From the human T2T-CHM13v2.0 reference genome, Homo sapiens, in the NCBI RefSeq assembly GCF_009914755.1, contig NC_060947.1: a stretch of DNA of 64,000 nt. One strand, written 5' to 3'. The notes under the pieces are model-generated. The model was not told the DNA's origin. It saw only the letters and a list, made by a program, of their open reading frames with translations, and made no database searches. The translations under genes were made by a program, and so were the position numbers. Below, piece by piece: positions 14,130 to 28,900 of this stretch; within the stretch, counting starts at the first letter, position 1, and every line of letters begins with the position of its first letter.

Positions 14130-14460
14130 AACTTAAAAATGATGATTTTAAAGTGAACTCCCGGTGGCATTTAATGCCTTCACAAGGTTGTGCAACCACC
14201 ACCGCTATCTGGTTCCAAGACACTTTTATCACCCTAAAAGAAACCTTGGACCCACCAAGCAGCCACTAGTCCTTCTCCCCTCCCCAGCCCCTGGAAGACA
14301 CCAATCTGCCTACTGGCTCTATGGGCTTGCCTCCTCTGAAAAGTTCCTGTAAGTGGAATCCTACACTGTGTGGCCTCTTGTGTCTGGCTTCTTTCACTGA
14401 GCATAGCATCTTCAAGGCTCATCCACATAGAAGCATATAACAGAGCTTCATTTCTTTTAA
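14130..14460 (-). mobile_element. Old L1 (L1M) 3' fragment
   Basis: ttgtgcaaccaccacc...gtctggcttctttcactgagcatag. Confidence 0.75.
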
Positions 14461-14699
14461 AAAAATAGTTTCATTGGAAAGGAAGCTCTAGTTGTGTTTT
14501 CTTAGCACTAATAAAAATATTTATTCTAAGACTAAATTCCAAGCATGCCAGCATATACCATCCATGACAGTGGTCAAATACGAATACAGAAACAAAGTCC
14601 AGGGTATAATTCATGTGTGTTTGGTACTTAGCCCTGAAACTTTCTTGTCATTATCCATAAAGTTTCTTTGCCATTCATCTACTGAAAATGTCCCACATT

Positions 14700-15558
<859 letters not shown>

Positions 15559-16435
15559 TTGTATTTTATCGGGAAAACATATCAGCCTCCTGGTTGGGTG
15601 CCCGCTGACCTCAGACGATCTGTTGTCACCACATGCTTTGATTTAATGAGGATGGCAAAAACAGCACTGCTTTCAATCTGGGCTCTTTTTCGTGTTTTTG
15701 TCCTTTCTTTCCTTTTCTGATGTATTCACCCACTCAGTGCAATTAAAAGAAACTGGGAGGCTCTCATCTTAAAAAATTCCCGATAATAGGACATTCCGCC
15801 TACTTCCCCAAAGCATCTCTGTAGGTTTGAGTCGTTGTCAAGACAGCCCTAAATGTTTAGGTTACACACACCCATCTAGTCTATGCATAGTTTTCTTCCA
15901 CCAGCCACATAATAAATTATAGGACTCTTGAAATCTTATGAAACAGGGGGAAACAGATCTAAGAAAACCCTATGAAACCTGATTTTGTATTACATAATGC
16001 CGGGAAATGGAATGTTGGAACTTAGGCTTGCCAAACAGTCATCATTTTCAGGCAGCATTTGAAGTTAGGGAAACAGAAAAATACATATATCTCCCTGCCT
16101 GTGATTATCTGATGGACAAATGGTTTATTAGGATATATAGAGAGAAGCAAAAACAAAAACAAAAACAAAAACAAAACGAGAAATTTCTATAACGATTTCA
16201 AGGCAGGTGTCTGGAATTGCGATCATATTATAATTCAATATGTTTTTGTAAAACAGCAATGCAGAAACAAGCATCTTTTAAACTCTCTTATCTCATTGAT
16301 TTCATTGTTTTACTTTGAATAAAATTAACCAAGTTTCTATGAAAATGAACCTTTCCAAAACAGGGGCCAGAAATGCATATTTACTTCTTCAAGTGCTGCA
16401 TTTTAAATTGGTGGCCAGCCAAGAGTGAAAGAAAA

Positions 16436-17408
<973 letters not shown>

Positions 17409-17427
17409 AAGAACTCCTGATGTAAAA

Positions 17428-18150
<723 letters not shown>

Positions 18151-18554
18151 TGTTTAACAAGAACCACTGTTCTAGTCTAAAACTGCAATGCATGTCTATT
18201 TTTTCTCAAATGTCTGCTCACCAAGCGAAGTTTTGTTCTTTGTAGTAGCATCCCATGATTTTTCTTTACATTACTAAGATAACATCCATTTTCCCAGTTC
18301 CAGCCTCTGTCCTGAGATATTCACTTCCCTCTACACTTGATATAATTTCAGACTACAATGTGGAAATAAGGGAGGGATTAAGGCAGCCTGACATAAGGTC
18401 AATCTTTCCAGGCCAGGAGTGGCCCTAGGAAAAATTGTTTTTTCTTTTTGGGTTCAGATAAATCACAGCGAATAACCATAGCCCAGCACCGCATGGCTTT
18501 CCGGCAAAGACAGGACCTCCTCCCTCCAGGGATGGCAGGAATGTAAAGTGAAAG

Positions 18555-19176
18555 CATTACCAGAAAGGGGTCCCAGTCCAGACCCCAAGAGAGGGCTCTT
18601 GGATCTCATGCAAGAGAATTCAGGCGAGTCCACAGAGTAAAATGAAAGGAAGTTTATTAAGAAAGTAAAGGAATAAAGAATGGCTACTTCATAGGCAGAG
18701 CAGCAGCATGGGCTGCAGGCTGCCTATGTTTATGGTTATTTATTGATTATATGCTAAACAAGGGGTGAATTAGTCATGAGGTTTTTCAGGAAAGGGGTGG
18801 GTAATTCTGAGGGTTCCTCCCCTTTTTAGACCATATAGGGTAACTTCCTGAGGTTGTCATGACATCTGTAAACTGTCGTGGCTCTGGTGGCAGTGACTTT
18901 TAGCAGCTAATGCATTATAATGAGTGTATAATGAGCAGTTACAATGACCAGAGGTCACTCTTGTCACTGTCTTGGTTTTGGTGGGATTTCACTGACTTCT
19001 TTACTGCAACCTGTTTTATCAGCGAGGTCTTTATGACCTGTATCTTTACTGACCTCCTATTTCATCCTGTGACTAAGAATGCCTAACCTCCTGGGAATGC
19101 AGCCCAGTGGGTCTCAGCCTTATTTTACCCAGCTCCTATTCAAGATGGAGTCACTCTGGTTTCAACGCCTCTGACA
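18555..19176 (-). mobile_element. MER41B solo LTR, GAS sites degraded
   Basis: 4-bp TSD aaag; gaccccaagagagggctcttggatctc...ttcaagatggagt...cctctgaca. Confidence 0.88.
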
Positions 19177-19326
19177 AAAGCGTGCTTATTGTGCTGACTG
19201 AGGAGGGCTGAATGAAATCCAGCTGGATTGGACAGGGAACTAAAGGAAGATGTCCATCCATAGAATGTAGACAAGGCACTGATAAATGTGATAAACACAG
19301 CAAGGTCTGTGCATGGACGGACATAC

Positions 19327-19750
19327 TTTTTTTTTTTTTAAAGACATGGTCTCACTCAGGCTGGAGTGCGGTGGTGTAATCACGGCTCACTGCAGCCTTG
19401 ACCTCCCAGCCTCAAGCAATCCTCCTACCTCAACCTCCTGAGTAGCTGGTACTATAGGCACGCACCACCATTCCTGGCTAATTATTTTTATTTTTTGTAG
19501 ACATAGGGTCTCACTGAGTTGCCCAGGCTGGTCTCAAACTCCTGGGCTCAAGCAATCCTCCTGCCTCAGCCTTCCAAGTAGCTGGGACTACAGGCACATG
19601 CCACTATGCCAGACTCATTTTGTATTTTTTGGAGAGAGGAGGTTTTGTGATGTTGCCCAGGCTGGTCTAGAACTCCTGAACTCAAGTGATCCACCAACCT
19701 CAGCCTCCCAACATGCTGGAATTACAAGAGTGAGCCACTGAGGCCAGCTG
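19327..19750 (-). mobile_element. AluJ, trimeric (right + hybrid + left monomers)
   Basis: two A-rich linkers and three monomers in tandem. Confidence 0.85.
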
Positions 19751-19869
19751 AGATACATCTTTCTCTCTCACCAAGGGCTCCTAAGTGGACATCTGGTCCC
19801 TATAGATGCTGCATTTTTTTCTGACTTTCTTTCAAAGTCATTTTGAAACGTACGTTAAGGCTTGGGTAC

Positions 19870-20078
19870 TGGACCCTCTTTGACTTTCAAACCATCAGGA
19901 GCCATTTGCAATGTCTGGAGACATTCTGAGTTATTATCATTGGAGAGTGGATGTGGCCAGCATCTGGTGGGTGGAGCCCAGGAATGCTGCTCGACACCCT
20001 ATGAGTGCAGAGGATGGCCACACCACAGAGAATCCTCCAGCCTCAAGTGTCAACAGCACCCACATTGAGAATCTTGAA
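19870..20078 (+). mobile_element. MER20
   Basis: gcaatgtctggagacatt...catctggtgggtggagcccagg...ttgagaatcttg. Confidence 0.82.
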
Positions 20079-20094
20079 CTAAAGAATACAAAGA

Positions 20095-20330
20095 TTCCAC
20101 ATATGAGATCATGCAGTATGTGTCATTCTGTGCCTGGCTTATTCCACTTAACATAATGTCCTCCACGTTCATCCATGTTGTTGCAAATGCCAACACTTCC
20201 TTCCTTAAGACTTGATAGCATTCCATTGTGCATACAAATCACATTTTCTTTACCCATTCATCCACTGATGGACACTTTGGTTGACTCCATATTTTGGCTA
20301 TTGTGAATAGTGCTGTAATGACTACGGGAA
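20095..20330 (-). mobile_element. L1 fragment
   Basis: ttccacatatgagatcatgcagtat...ttggctattgtgaatagtgctg. Confidence 0.8.
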
Positions 20331-20512
20331 AACAGATAAATTAGACATTCCTCAGAAAGTTACTAGAAAAATAAAATTATAAGTCAACAAATATTTGTTT
20401 GAAGTCTTCAAAAGCTGTTTAAACCATCCAGAAAAATATGAATTCTCATATAAACCTTATGAAAAATAAAAATGGTAAGCTAAATGCTGAAATTTTTGAA
20501 AGCGTCAAAATA

Positions 20513-21000
20513 ATCTATCTACCTGTCTATCTATTCATCTATCCATCATCTTTCTATAACTATCCATCCATCCATTCATCCATTTATCCATCCATTCATT
20601 CATCTATTGAATGTACATATCTAGCTAGCTAGCTAGCTATTTATCATCTATCCATCCATCTACTGAATCTATCATCTATCCTTATCTATCTATCACATAC
20701 CTATCTACCCACCCACCCATCTATTGACTCTAATCATCTACCATTACCTATGTATCTATCATATATCTATCCATCCATCCATCTATCTATTGAATCTATC
20801 ATCCATCCATTCATCTACTGAATCTATTATCTGTCATTATCTATATATTTATCTATGTATCTACCCATCCATCTACCTATTGAATATATGTATCATCTAT
20901 CATTATCTATCTGACAGTCTAATCTACTTAAGCTCTCTGTCATCTATTATAACATATTTTTATCTATCTCTTCTATTTATTCTCATCTCTATTGTCATAT
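20513..21000. repeat. Degenerate (CTAT/CCAT)n microsatellite
   Basis: visible tetranucleotide repeats. Confidence 0.9.
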
Positions 21001-22274
21001 ATGCATGTTGATACACACAGAGAAAGATTGATAGAGATTTGTAAAATGTACAAATATTTAAAATGAAACTTTTTTTTAAACGGGTGACATGGTAAACAAG
21101 GACATTCACTGACTGGCCTCATTCACTTCCTACCCATCCTTCCAATCTAATCACTCCTAGGGGGTGTTTCTGGGAACAGCTTTCTTCGCCACCTCTGTCT
21201 CTTCATCCAAGCACCACTTTCTGCCTGCCCCCTGGCCAGCCCAGCTTCCCTGAGGCTCCTCCCTGTCCCCTGCACCCATCACACACCAAGTCCATGATGA
21301 TTGTTGTTTACGTGTCCACTCCCCCACCACACACATCAAAAGCACCTGGAGGCTCAGGGGTCTTCCTCTCTGGTTTTCCTCCATACCTGGCGCAATGGTG
21401 GTAAATGGTAGCACCCAATAAATGTTTGAGTAAATGAATAGACTACTTAGTTCCCTTTACAACTGCCAATGAAGGAATGATAAAGGAAGGTGGTGATTTT
21501 TAACTCCTAAGGTCCAGTAAGTCAGGGGTAGGGGTTTTTCTTTATTTCCAGCTCCAGAAAACTGCTGAAAGGAGATGGGAAAAAGCAACTCATTTCTAAA
21601 AATCCCTTTAGCATAACTTACAAGTCCCTCAGCCAGCCTGCCTCAACCCCCTCCCAAGGCATCTGGTTCTAGTTCAGGGCAAAGGAAGTTAAGTGTTTCA
21701 TTATAATGCTTCTTGCACACACACATATGCATTTACTGGGGGTGGGGAGCTTTGGGGGAATTTTACTAATATTTGCTAATTTTTTATTGACTTACGTATA
21801 AAGAACTGTAAACTTAATTTTACATTTACTTATGTAGAAAGAACTGTAAACTTAATTTTCCTTTCCCTATGTTTCCCTCAATTTGCTCAATTCTTTCCTT
21901 CTGATTGCGATGAAATTTTTCTAGAAAATCATCACCCAATGTAAACCATATTTTTTAAGTATTTCCCTGTGCCGGGGGAAATAAAGTTTAAAATGATCTT
22001 TTAGATTATTTGTATATTTTTGAAATGTTTCAACAAGGTTAAATATAATTGGAAGGAAAAGCAAAGCATCATATAAGATTAAATCTCAGGTGAATTGAAG
22101 AAAAAAATAAGCATTTGTGCAAGGCCAGGGAGTCAAAATCTGATTTTCCTCTAAAGGAAAGAAGGTTCAGAGAGTTCTTTTTTCCAAGTTTAGAAACCAT
22201 TCAAAACTCGTGAGTTTGCTGTTTTGATCATCACTGAAATCTCTTCCAGATTCCTACCCTTAGGAAAAAAAAAA

Positions 22275-22650
22275 ATATATATATATATGTATATATATAT
22301 ATGTATATATATGTATATATATGTATATATGTATATATATATGTATATATGTATATATGTATATATATGTATATATGTATATATATGTATATATGTATAT
22401 ATATGTATATATGTATATATATGTATATATGTATATATGTATATGTATATATATGTGTATATATATATGTGTATATATATGTGTATATATGTATATATAT
22501 GTGTATATATGTATATATATGTATATATGTATATATGTATATATATGTATATATATGTATATATGTATATATGTATATATATGTGTATATGTGTATATAT
22601 GTATATATATGTGTATATATGTATATATGTGTATATATGTATATATATGT
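22275..22650. repeat. (TA)n/(TATG)n microsatellite, ~375 bp
   Basis: strictly alternating purine-T; gives the YIYM/IHIY pseudo-ORFs. Confidence 0.98.
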
Positions 22651-23082
22651 AGCTTCATGCTTTAAAAGAAGAAAGATCAAAATAGTATATTAAGTAGTCT
22701 CAGAATACTTCTTGTACATATAAAAAATACTCAGTGAGTTATTATAAAATAAATCAAAAACAGACAGACTGAATCTTCCTTAGATTATATATGCTTTTAA
22801 CTTCTAGGAGAATGAAGGATGCAAGCTAGAAGATTAATGAAAGAAAATCAATTACCCCCAAACAAAAATGTTTAAAAATCTCAATTATAGTTCAGATTGG
22901 CCCTTTCTAGCAAAAGTCAAAATGTGGTATGCAAACACATAATGTAATGCCTTCATTCTTCACACAAGCCTTGACTATGTACATGGTTAGTGCTCATTGT
23001 TTGAAAATCCAATGAGACTGTAATATCTGAGAAACCACCATAGATTATGCAGCAAAGGCATTTTACTGTATCAAATTCAAGT

Positions 23083-23711
23083 GGTCAGAGACATTTGAAC
23101 CACAGCAACTCCATCTTGAATAGGGGCTGGGTAAAATGAGGCTGAGACCTACTGGGCTGCATTCCCAGGAAGTTAGGCATTCTAAGACACAGGATAAGAT
23201 AGGAGGTCAGCGCAAGATACAGGTCATAAAGACCTTGCTGATAAAACAGCATGCGGTAAAGAAGGCAGCCAAAACCCACCAAAACCAAGATGGTTACAAG
23301 AGTGACCTCTGGTTGTCCTCACTGCTCACTATATGCTAATTATAATACATTAAAATGCTGAAAGGCACTCTCGTGAGCGCTCTAACAGTTTACAGAGGCC
23401 ATGACAATGTCAAGATATTACCCTATATGGTCTAAAAGGGGAGGAATCCTGAGTTCCCGGAATTGCCCACCCCTTTCCCAGAAAACTCATGAATAATCCA
23501 CCCCTTGTTCAGCATAAAATCAAGAAATAACGGTAAAAATGGACAACCAGTAGCCTTTGGGGCTGCTCTGCCTGTGGAGTAGCCATTCTTTTATTTCTTT
23601 ACTTTTGTAATAAACTTGTTTTCACTTTATGGACTCACCTCCAATTCTTTCTTGCACGAGATCCAAGAACCCTCTCTTGGGGTCTGAATCGGGACCCCCT
23701 TCCTGGTAACA
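23083..23711 (+). mobile_element. MER41B solo LTR with intact tandem GAS motifs
   Basis: 4-bp TSD aagt (23079-23082 / 23712-23715); TTCCCGGAA at 23454-23462 and TTCCCAGAA at 23475-23483. Confidence 0.9.
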
Positions 23712-23748
23712 AAGTTACAAACAAAGGAAATCCTATCTAAAACAGATA

Positions 23749-24061
23749 CAGTCGTGCACTGCCACAGAACGTATGGCCAATGATGGACAGCATATAAAAC
23801 GATGGTCCCACAGGATTATAATGGAGCTGAAAAATTCCTGTTGCCTACTGATTTGTGTTACAATTGCCTACTGTATTCAGTATAGGAACATGCTGTACAG
23901 GTTTGTAGCATAGGATCAACAGGCTACACCATATAGCCTAGGTGTGTAGTAGGCTAGACCATCTAGGTTTGTGTAAGTGCACTCTAGGATGTTTGCACAA
24001 CAACACTGCCCAGGGATGCATTTCTCAGAATGTATCCCCATCATTCAGCAACAAGTGAGTG
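23749..24061 (+). mobile_element. Tigger3/MER7-type DNA transposon
   Basis: TA-flanked; cagtcgtgca...gatggtcccacaggattataatggagctgaaaaattcct. Confidence 0.8.
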
Positions 24062-24354
24062 TAAGTCTATTTCACTGTGTGTAACTTCCCCTACTGTAAG
24101 GGAACTCCCCTCAGAAACCCAAGCTCGCCTTGGTTCAGACCCACAATGCAGCAATTTAGGAAGAGTATGCTTCCCTGAGGAGGCACTTTAGCTCAAACCA
24201 GCCACCACTTGCTCACTGGCTTTCTACTACCTCCTCATCAGTTTTAGCCCCACAGAATCAATAGTGAGCTTCTTTTCCATGTTGGAATTAATTATAAATA
24301 CAGGAGTAGGAGTTTCCACATTTGCATGAGGTAATCTATTTGTTAGTTAAGGAC

Positions 24355-25125
24355 CCATATCCATTATCTATTGCTGGGTAACAAACACTCCCAACACTTA
24401 GTAGCTAAAGACAAGCACCATTTTATTTGTGCATCACTCTTGGGTCACAAATTTCAGGCTGAGCTCAGCTGGATGGTTCTTCTGTGGGTCTCCCTTAAGG
24501 TCCCTTATGTGGTCCCAGTCCTCTGACAGTTTGACTGAAAATGGATGGTGTAAGCTGGGAGCCTATTCACATGGCTGGCCATTGGTGCTGACTGTCAGCT
24601 GAATCTTTCTCATGGTGACTCATCTCAAAAAGGCTACCCTGACTTCTTCATATGGGGTGGTCTCAGTACTCTAGGCTGACAGACAAGACCGCCCAACAGA
24701 CGTGTTCATGAATGTACCTTAGACCATCCAGTCTCATCAAGCTGCCAGATAATGGAAGCTGCAAGAAAGACCCCAGGCAAGACCAACAGAAGAACTGCCC
24801 ATCTGAACCCAGTCCAAGTTATTGATTCACAAACATATGAGCAAATACAACGTTTGTGATATTGAGGCACTAAACTTGTAGTTGATTTTATACCAAAAAA
24901 ATAGGTAACAGATCCTGAAATTCATACCTGAAGTGGGTGGAGGGTTGCGCTCATACAAAAGCTTAAAACATGCTTCATTGGCTTTGAAACTGAGTGGTGA
25001 ATGAAGGTTGGGAAAATAGTAAGGTAACTGCTACCAAAGGCTAGAAAAAAAATGGTAACCAGTGGTATGTTGTGTTGGAAGAGCAAAACTGTAGCCTGCA
25101 GTGACTTGGAAGATAAAAATGTACC
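24355..25125. mobile_element. Old MaLR (MLT1) LTR/internal fragments
   Basis: tctattgctgggtaacaaac...ggctgagctcagctggatggttcttctg; agaagaactgcccatctgaacccagtc. Confidence 0.6.
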
Positions 25126-25129
25126 TAAT

Positions 25130-25233
25130 GTGCTTGCTTTGGCAGCGCATATACTAAAATTGGAATGATACAGATAAGATTAGCAAGGCCCATACAAGGA
25201 TGACAGGTAAATTCGTGAAGCATCTCATTATTT
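25130..25233 (+). pseudogene. U6 snRNA retropseudogene, full length
   Basis: gtgcttgctttggcagcgcatatactaaaattggaatgatacagataagattagc; A/CA-rich tail; TSD aaatgtacctaa (25117-25128 / 25281-25292). Confidence 0.93.
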
Positions 25234-25314
25234 AAAACACACACACACACGTAAAATAAAGTCAAAAAAGAAAAGAAAAGAAATGTACCTAAGAAACTCA
25301 GACTTAGAGGAAGT

Positions 25315-25450
25315 AGGTTTTTGTTGTTGAACATTCGCACTATTGACATTTGGGGCCAGAAAATTATTTGTCATGGAAGCTGCCAATTGCATTGCAGCAT
25401 TCTCAGCATCATTCTGGGCCTCTGCTTGGTAGATCTCAGAAGCACCCATT
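25315..25450 (-). mobile_element. MER20 fragment
   Basis: gcactattgacatttggggccagaaaattatttgtc...gcattgcagcattctcagcatcat. Confidence 0.7.
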
Positions 25451-25990
25451 AAGTACAGCCTGAATTTTTGTCCCATATAACAGTGAGTATATAACATAGA
25501 TTTTTTTAACCCACTGCATTTTGGGATTCTTTGTTATGTGCCAATAGCTGAATGACACAGCGTCTTATAACAGAAACAGAGAATTTGCCCATGCAGGTTT
25601 CTTTTCTTGCTTCAATGGTTCATTCTGTAAATATTTGCAGTGCATTCCTTGAGCCAAATAATATCTGAAATTTGGGGATAAATATGTATGAAGTGATAGA
25701 CCTTGACCTGCTGAGGCTCCTTTGGAAGCACTGAGGTTAGAACAGCATCTTAGCCAGTAAGAAGTTTTCTTCTGGGGAAGGGAGAGGAGGCAGGGACTTC
25801 TAGGCAGAGAATGCAATATTCCTTCATTTGCCATTTATGCAACAACTAATTGTAGAGCTGCTAGTATGTGCCAAGTTCTGGAGATGGGGAAGAGGATAAG
25901 ACAGACAAGAGTCATGCTTTCATGGTGGTTACAAGAAGTCAACAAGAAGATGAATGACATAATTTTATATCCCTATAAGAGGAAATACAC

Positions 25991-26120
25991 AGCTGGGTGT
26001 GCACGCACATGACTGTAGTCCCAGCTACTCAGGGAGACTGAGACTGGAGGATTACTTGAGCCTGGGAAGTCGAGGCTGCAATGAGCTGTGATTGTGCCAC
26101 CGCACTGCAGCCTGGGCAAT
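25991..26120 (+). mobile_element. Alu right monomer, truncated and fused to an MLT2-like fragment
   Basis: ...cagcctgggcaa|tcatggaggctgaaaa. Confidence 0.75.
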
Positions 26121-27269
26121 CATGGAGGCTGAAAACTGATCTGCTATCTACAAGTGGAGACCCAGGAGAGCCGGTGGTGTAGATTCCAGCATAAATTTCA
26201 GTTGGAGTCTGAAATATATTAATATTTTGTATTTTGTTAATATAACGGAGATTTTATTTTTAATACAAGACTAGTCAGACCATGTCAAAGGAAGAGAGTC
26301 CACATGGCAGAGGGGAAGTCATCAGGGAGCAATTTAACAGCTGCCTGCACACTATTTTCCTTTCTGTGCTCATGCGTTTGGAGAATACATCTATGGTTAA
26401 GGAATTAGATCATCTCTAATCTTAACCTATGGTATTGACTATAAACAGGCTCCCTGTAAGCTTTGGTTATTTGAACGTCAATTTCTGCAGTGGAAGCAAA
26501 TTTTAAAAGTGGAAGCTCAAATTGGGGCTCCCATCTGGGCACCACGTGTCTGGAACGACCGTTCTGAAAATGGGTTACGTCATGTGTGGCTTAGGCTGGC
26601 ATTTCAGCAGCTTTGAGGGTTGGCCCATTAGCCAGGTGCATGCAGGGCCACGGTATGTGGGAGAAATAAGGCAGGAAGGAGCATTGCAAGGTGGCATGCC
26701 TTGTACCTGGCTAGAGGGTATATGAATCACACACAGAGAGAGCTGGGGGGAGAGTTTTCTCTACGAAATCCTTCTTTCAAGAAGGCAACGTTTGGGGTAG
26801 ACAGTCTGGAAGTCCGTGTTAATTGGTCTTTTACTCATCTCCTCTATAGAATATGTCTCTGGGTCTGTGAATTGATCAATCAATGCAATCAGTATCAGCA
26901 GTATGTAAGATTTTCTTCACGAAATCTCATGGAGGAAGACCCATGCATGCCCAGCATTAGAGAATGGATTTTATTTGCACACAAACGCATAGAGAACAAA
27001 TAGTGTGAGGACATCCACGTGGTAAAGGAAGCAAGGTATGGGGCCGGCGCATAGAAAGACAAGCCACTTAGTGTGGGTGTTGTGAAGGGTCGGGTACAGA
27101 AATCATGAGTCATGAACGTAGGCAGGGGCGCATGTTTGAGGACTTTACCACAAAAGCAGGAAGCATGCACTTGATTTGCTGAAAACCAGAAGCCATTGAT
27201 CGAAGAGTATTGATCGAAACTTTAACAGGACCACGTGAACTCCCGAAAGATGAAAGTGTTTCCCCTGCT

Positions 27270-27640
27270 ATATTTAAATATATCTAAACGTATACATATA
27301 TTATGTATAAATATTATATTTATAATTACATCTATAAATAGACAATTATAAATATATACTTATAATTATATATTTATATACATTTATAATTAGACATATA
27401 TGTCTATATATTTCTATATAATTTATAAATTTTATATAATATATGATTTATTACATATAATATATATATTTTATTTGTATAAATAAAATACCTATAAAGC
27501 TGTATAAACCTTATAAAAATTGTATAAACTTTATACAACTTTATAAAACCGTATATTTATACTATATTGTTATATATTATATGTAATTTATATATAATAT
27601 ATAATTTTATATTTATAAAATTTATAAATTTATATATATT
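27270..27640. repeat. AT-rich low-complexity tract
   Basis: almost entirely A/T. Confidence 0.92.
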
Positions 27641-27851
27641 TTTTGAGACAGGGTCTCACTCGCCTAGGCTGCCGTGCAATGGCACAGTCACAGCTTACTG
27701 CAGCCTCAACCTCTGGGGGCTCAATTGATTCTCCAACCTCAGCCTCCCCAGCAGCTGGGACCACAGACACTCACCATCATGCCCAGCTAATTTTTATATT
27801 TTTTGCAGAGACAGGGTTTCACCATGTTGCCCAGTCAGGTCTCCAACTGCT
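27637..27851 (-). mobile_element. AluJ, partial
   Basis: antisense Alu, 5'-truncated. Confidence 0.85.
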
Positions 27852-28581
27852 AAATATATTTTAAAGTATTAATTCTACACTGGATCTTAAGATATGGTAG
27901 ACAGGTTTTTGCTTCCTTTAAGTTTGTTTTGTGTTTTGACCTCTATTGGATCAGCCATGATACTTGAGACATCTTTTGAAGGTGGTTAGAAGTCCAAGCT
28001 CCTAATAAGAAATTGTGACACTGCAAAGTCTCAAAAGTATTTTAGGATTTATGCATTTATTCCTAGACAGAATTTGGAAAAACATGGCTTGGCCTGAGGT
28101 TTTTTCCTAGTCCTACTGTTCTATAAACCTATGCAAACGTATTCAGTTTTATAACTTGGGAGGCCAACCAAATTTCAAAAGAGGTACCTATAACTCAAGT
28201 CATGCTGATCTTAGCAAACACTGCTCACAGGCCTTGTGGGAGGCTTCACCGTGTATTTGTTACATTGCCTTACAGTTCTGTGGGTTTATGAGTTGGTGCA
28301 ACCTCAGCTAAGAATGCAGGCTGCTCGCGTTGTGTCAATGTCGTACGTTTTGAACGGTAAAGTGTATGTTCTTTGTGAACTGAGGACACATACCAACGTG
28401 CTGCAGTTCTTATTTCCATTTGCTTTAAGGAAATTATCCTCATATGTTAATATGTCGAACATGGAAGTTGAGGTATTTAGCATATCCTATATCAAAACTG
28501 TTATAAAACTGAGAGAAAATGCTAAAGGGAAAAATTGTATTCCAAACAACTCCCCTTCTTGTATCTCTATAAACCTTTTGA

Positions 28582-28900
<319 letters not shown>

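Noticed and set aside
21785-21860. ~39-bp tandem duplication (aaagaactgtaaacttaatttt twice)
   Set aside because: Real but an ordinary slippage duplication with no further signal
22224-22693. Five long ORFs (114-149 aa)
   Set aside because: Translations of a TA/TATG microsatellite
18555-23711. MER41 provirus between the two LTRs
   Set aside because: Opposite orientations, different TSDs, no internal sequence
27270-27859. AT-rich tract as an expanded Alu tail bounded by a taaatatat TSD
   Set aside because: The putative TSD is too low-complexity to be informative
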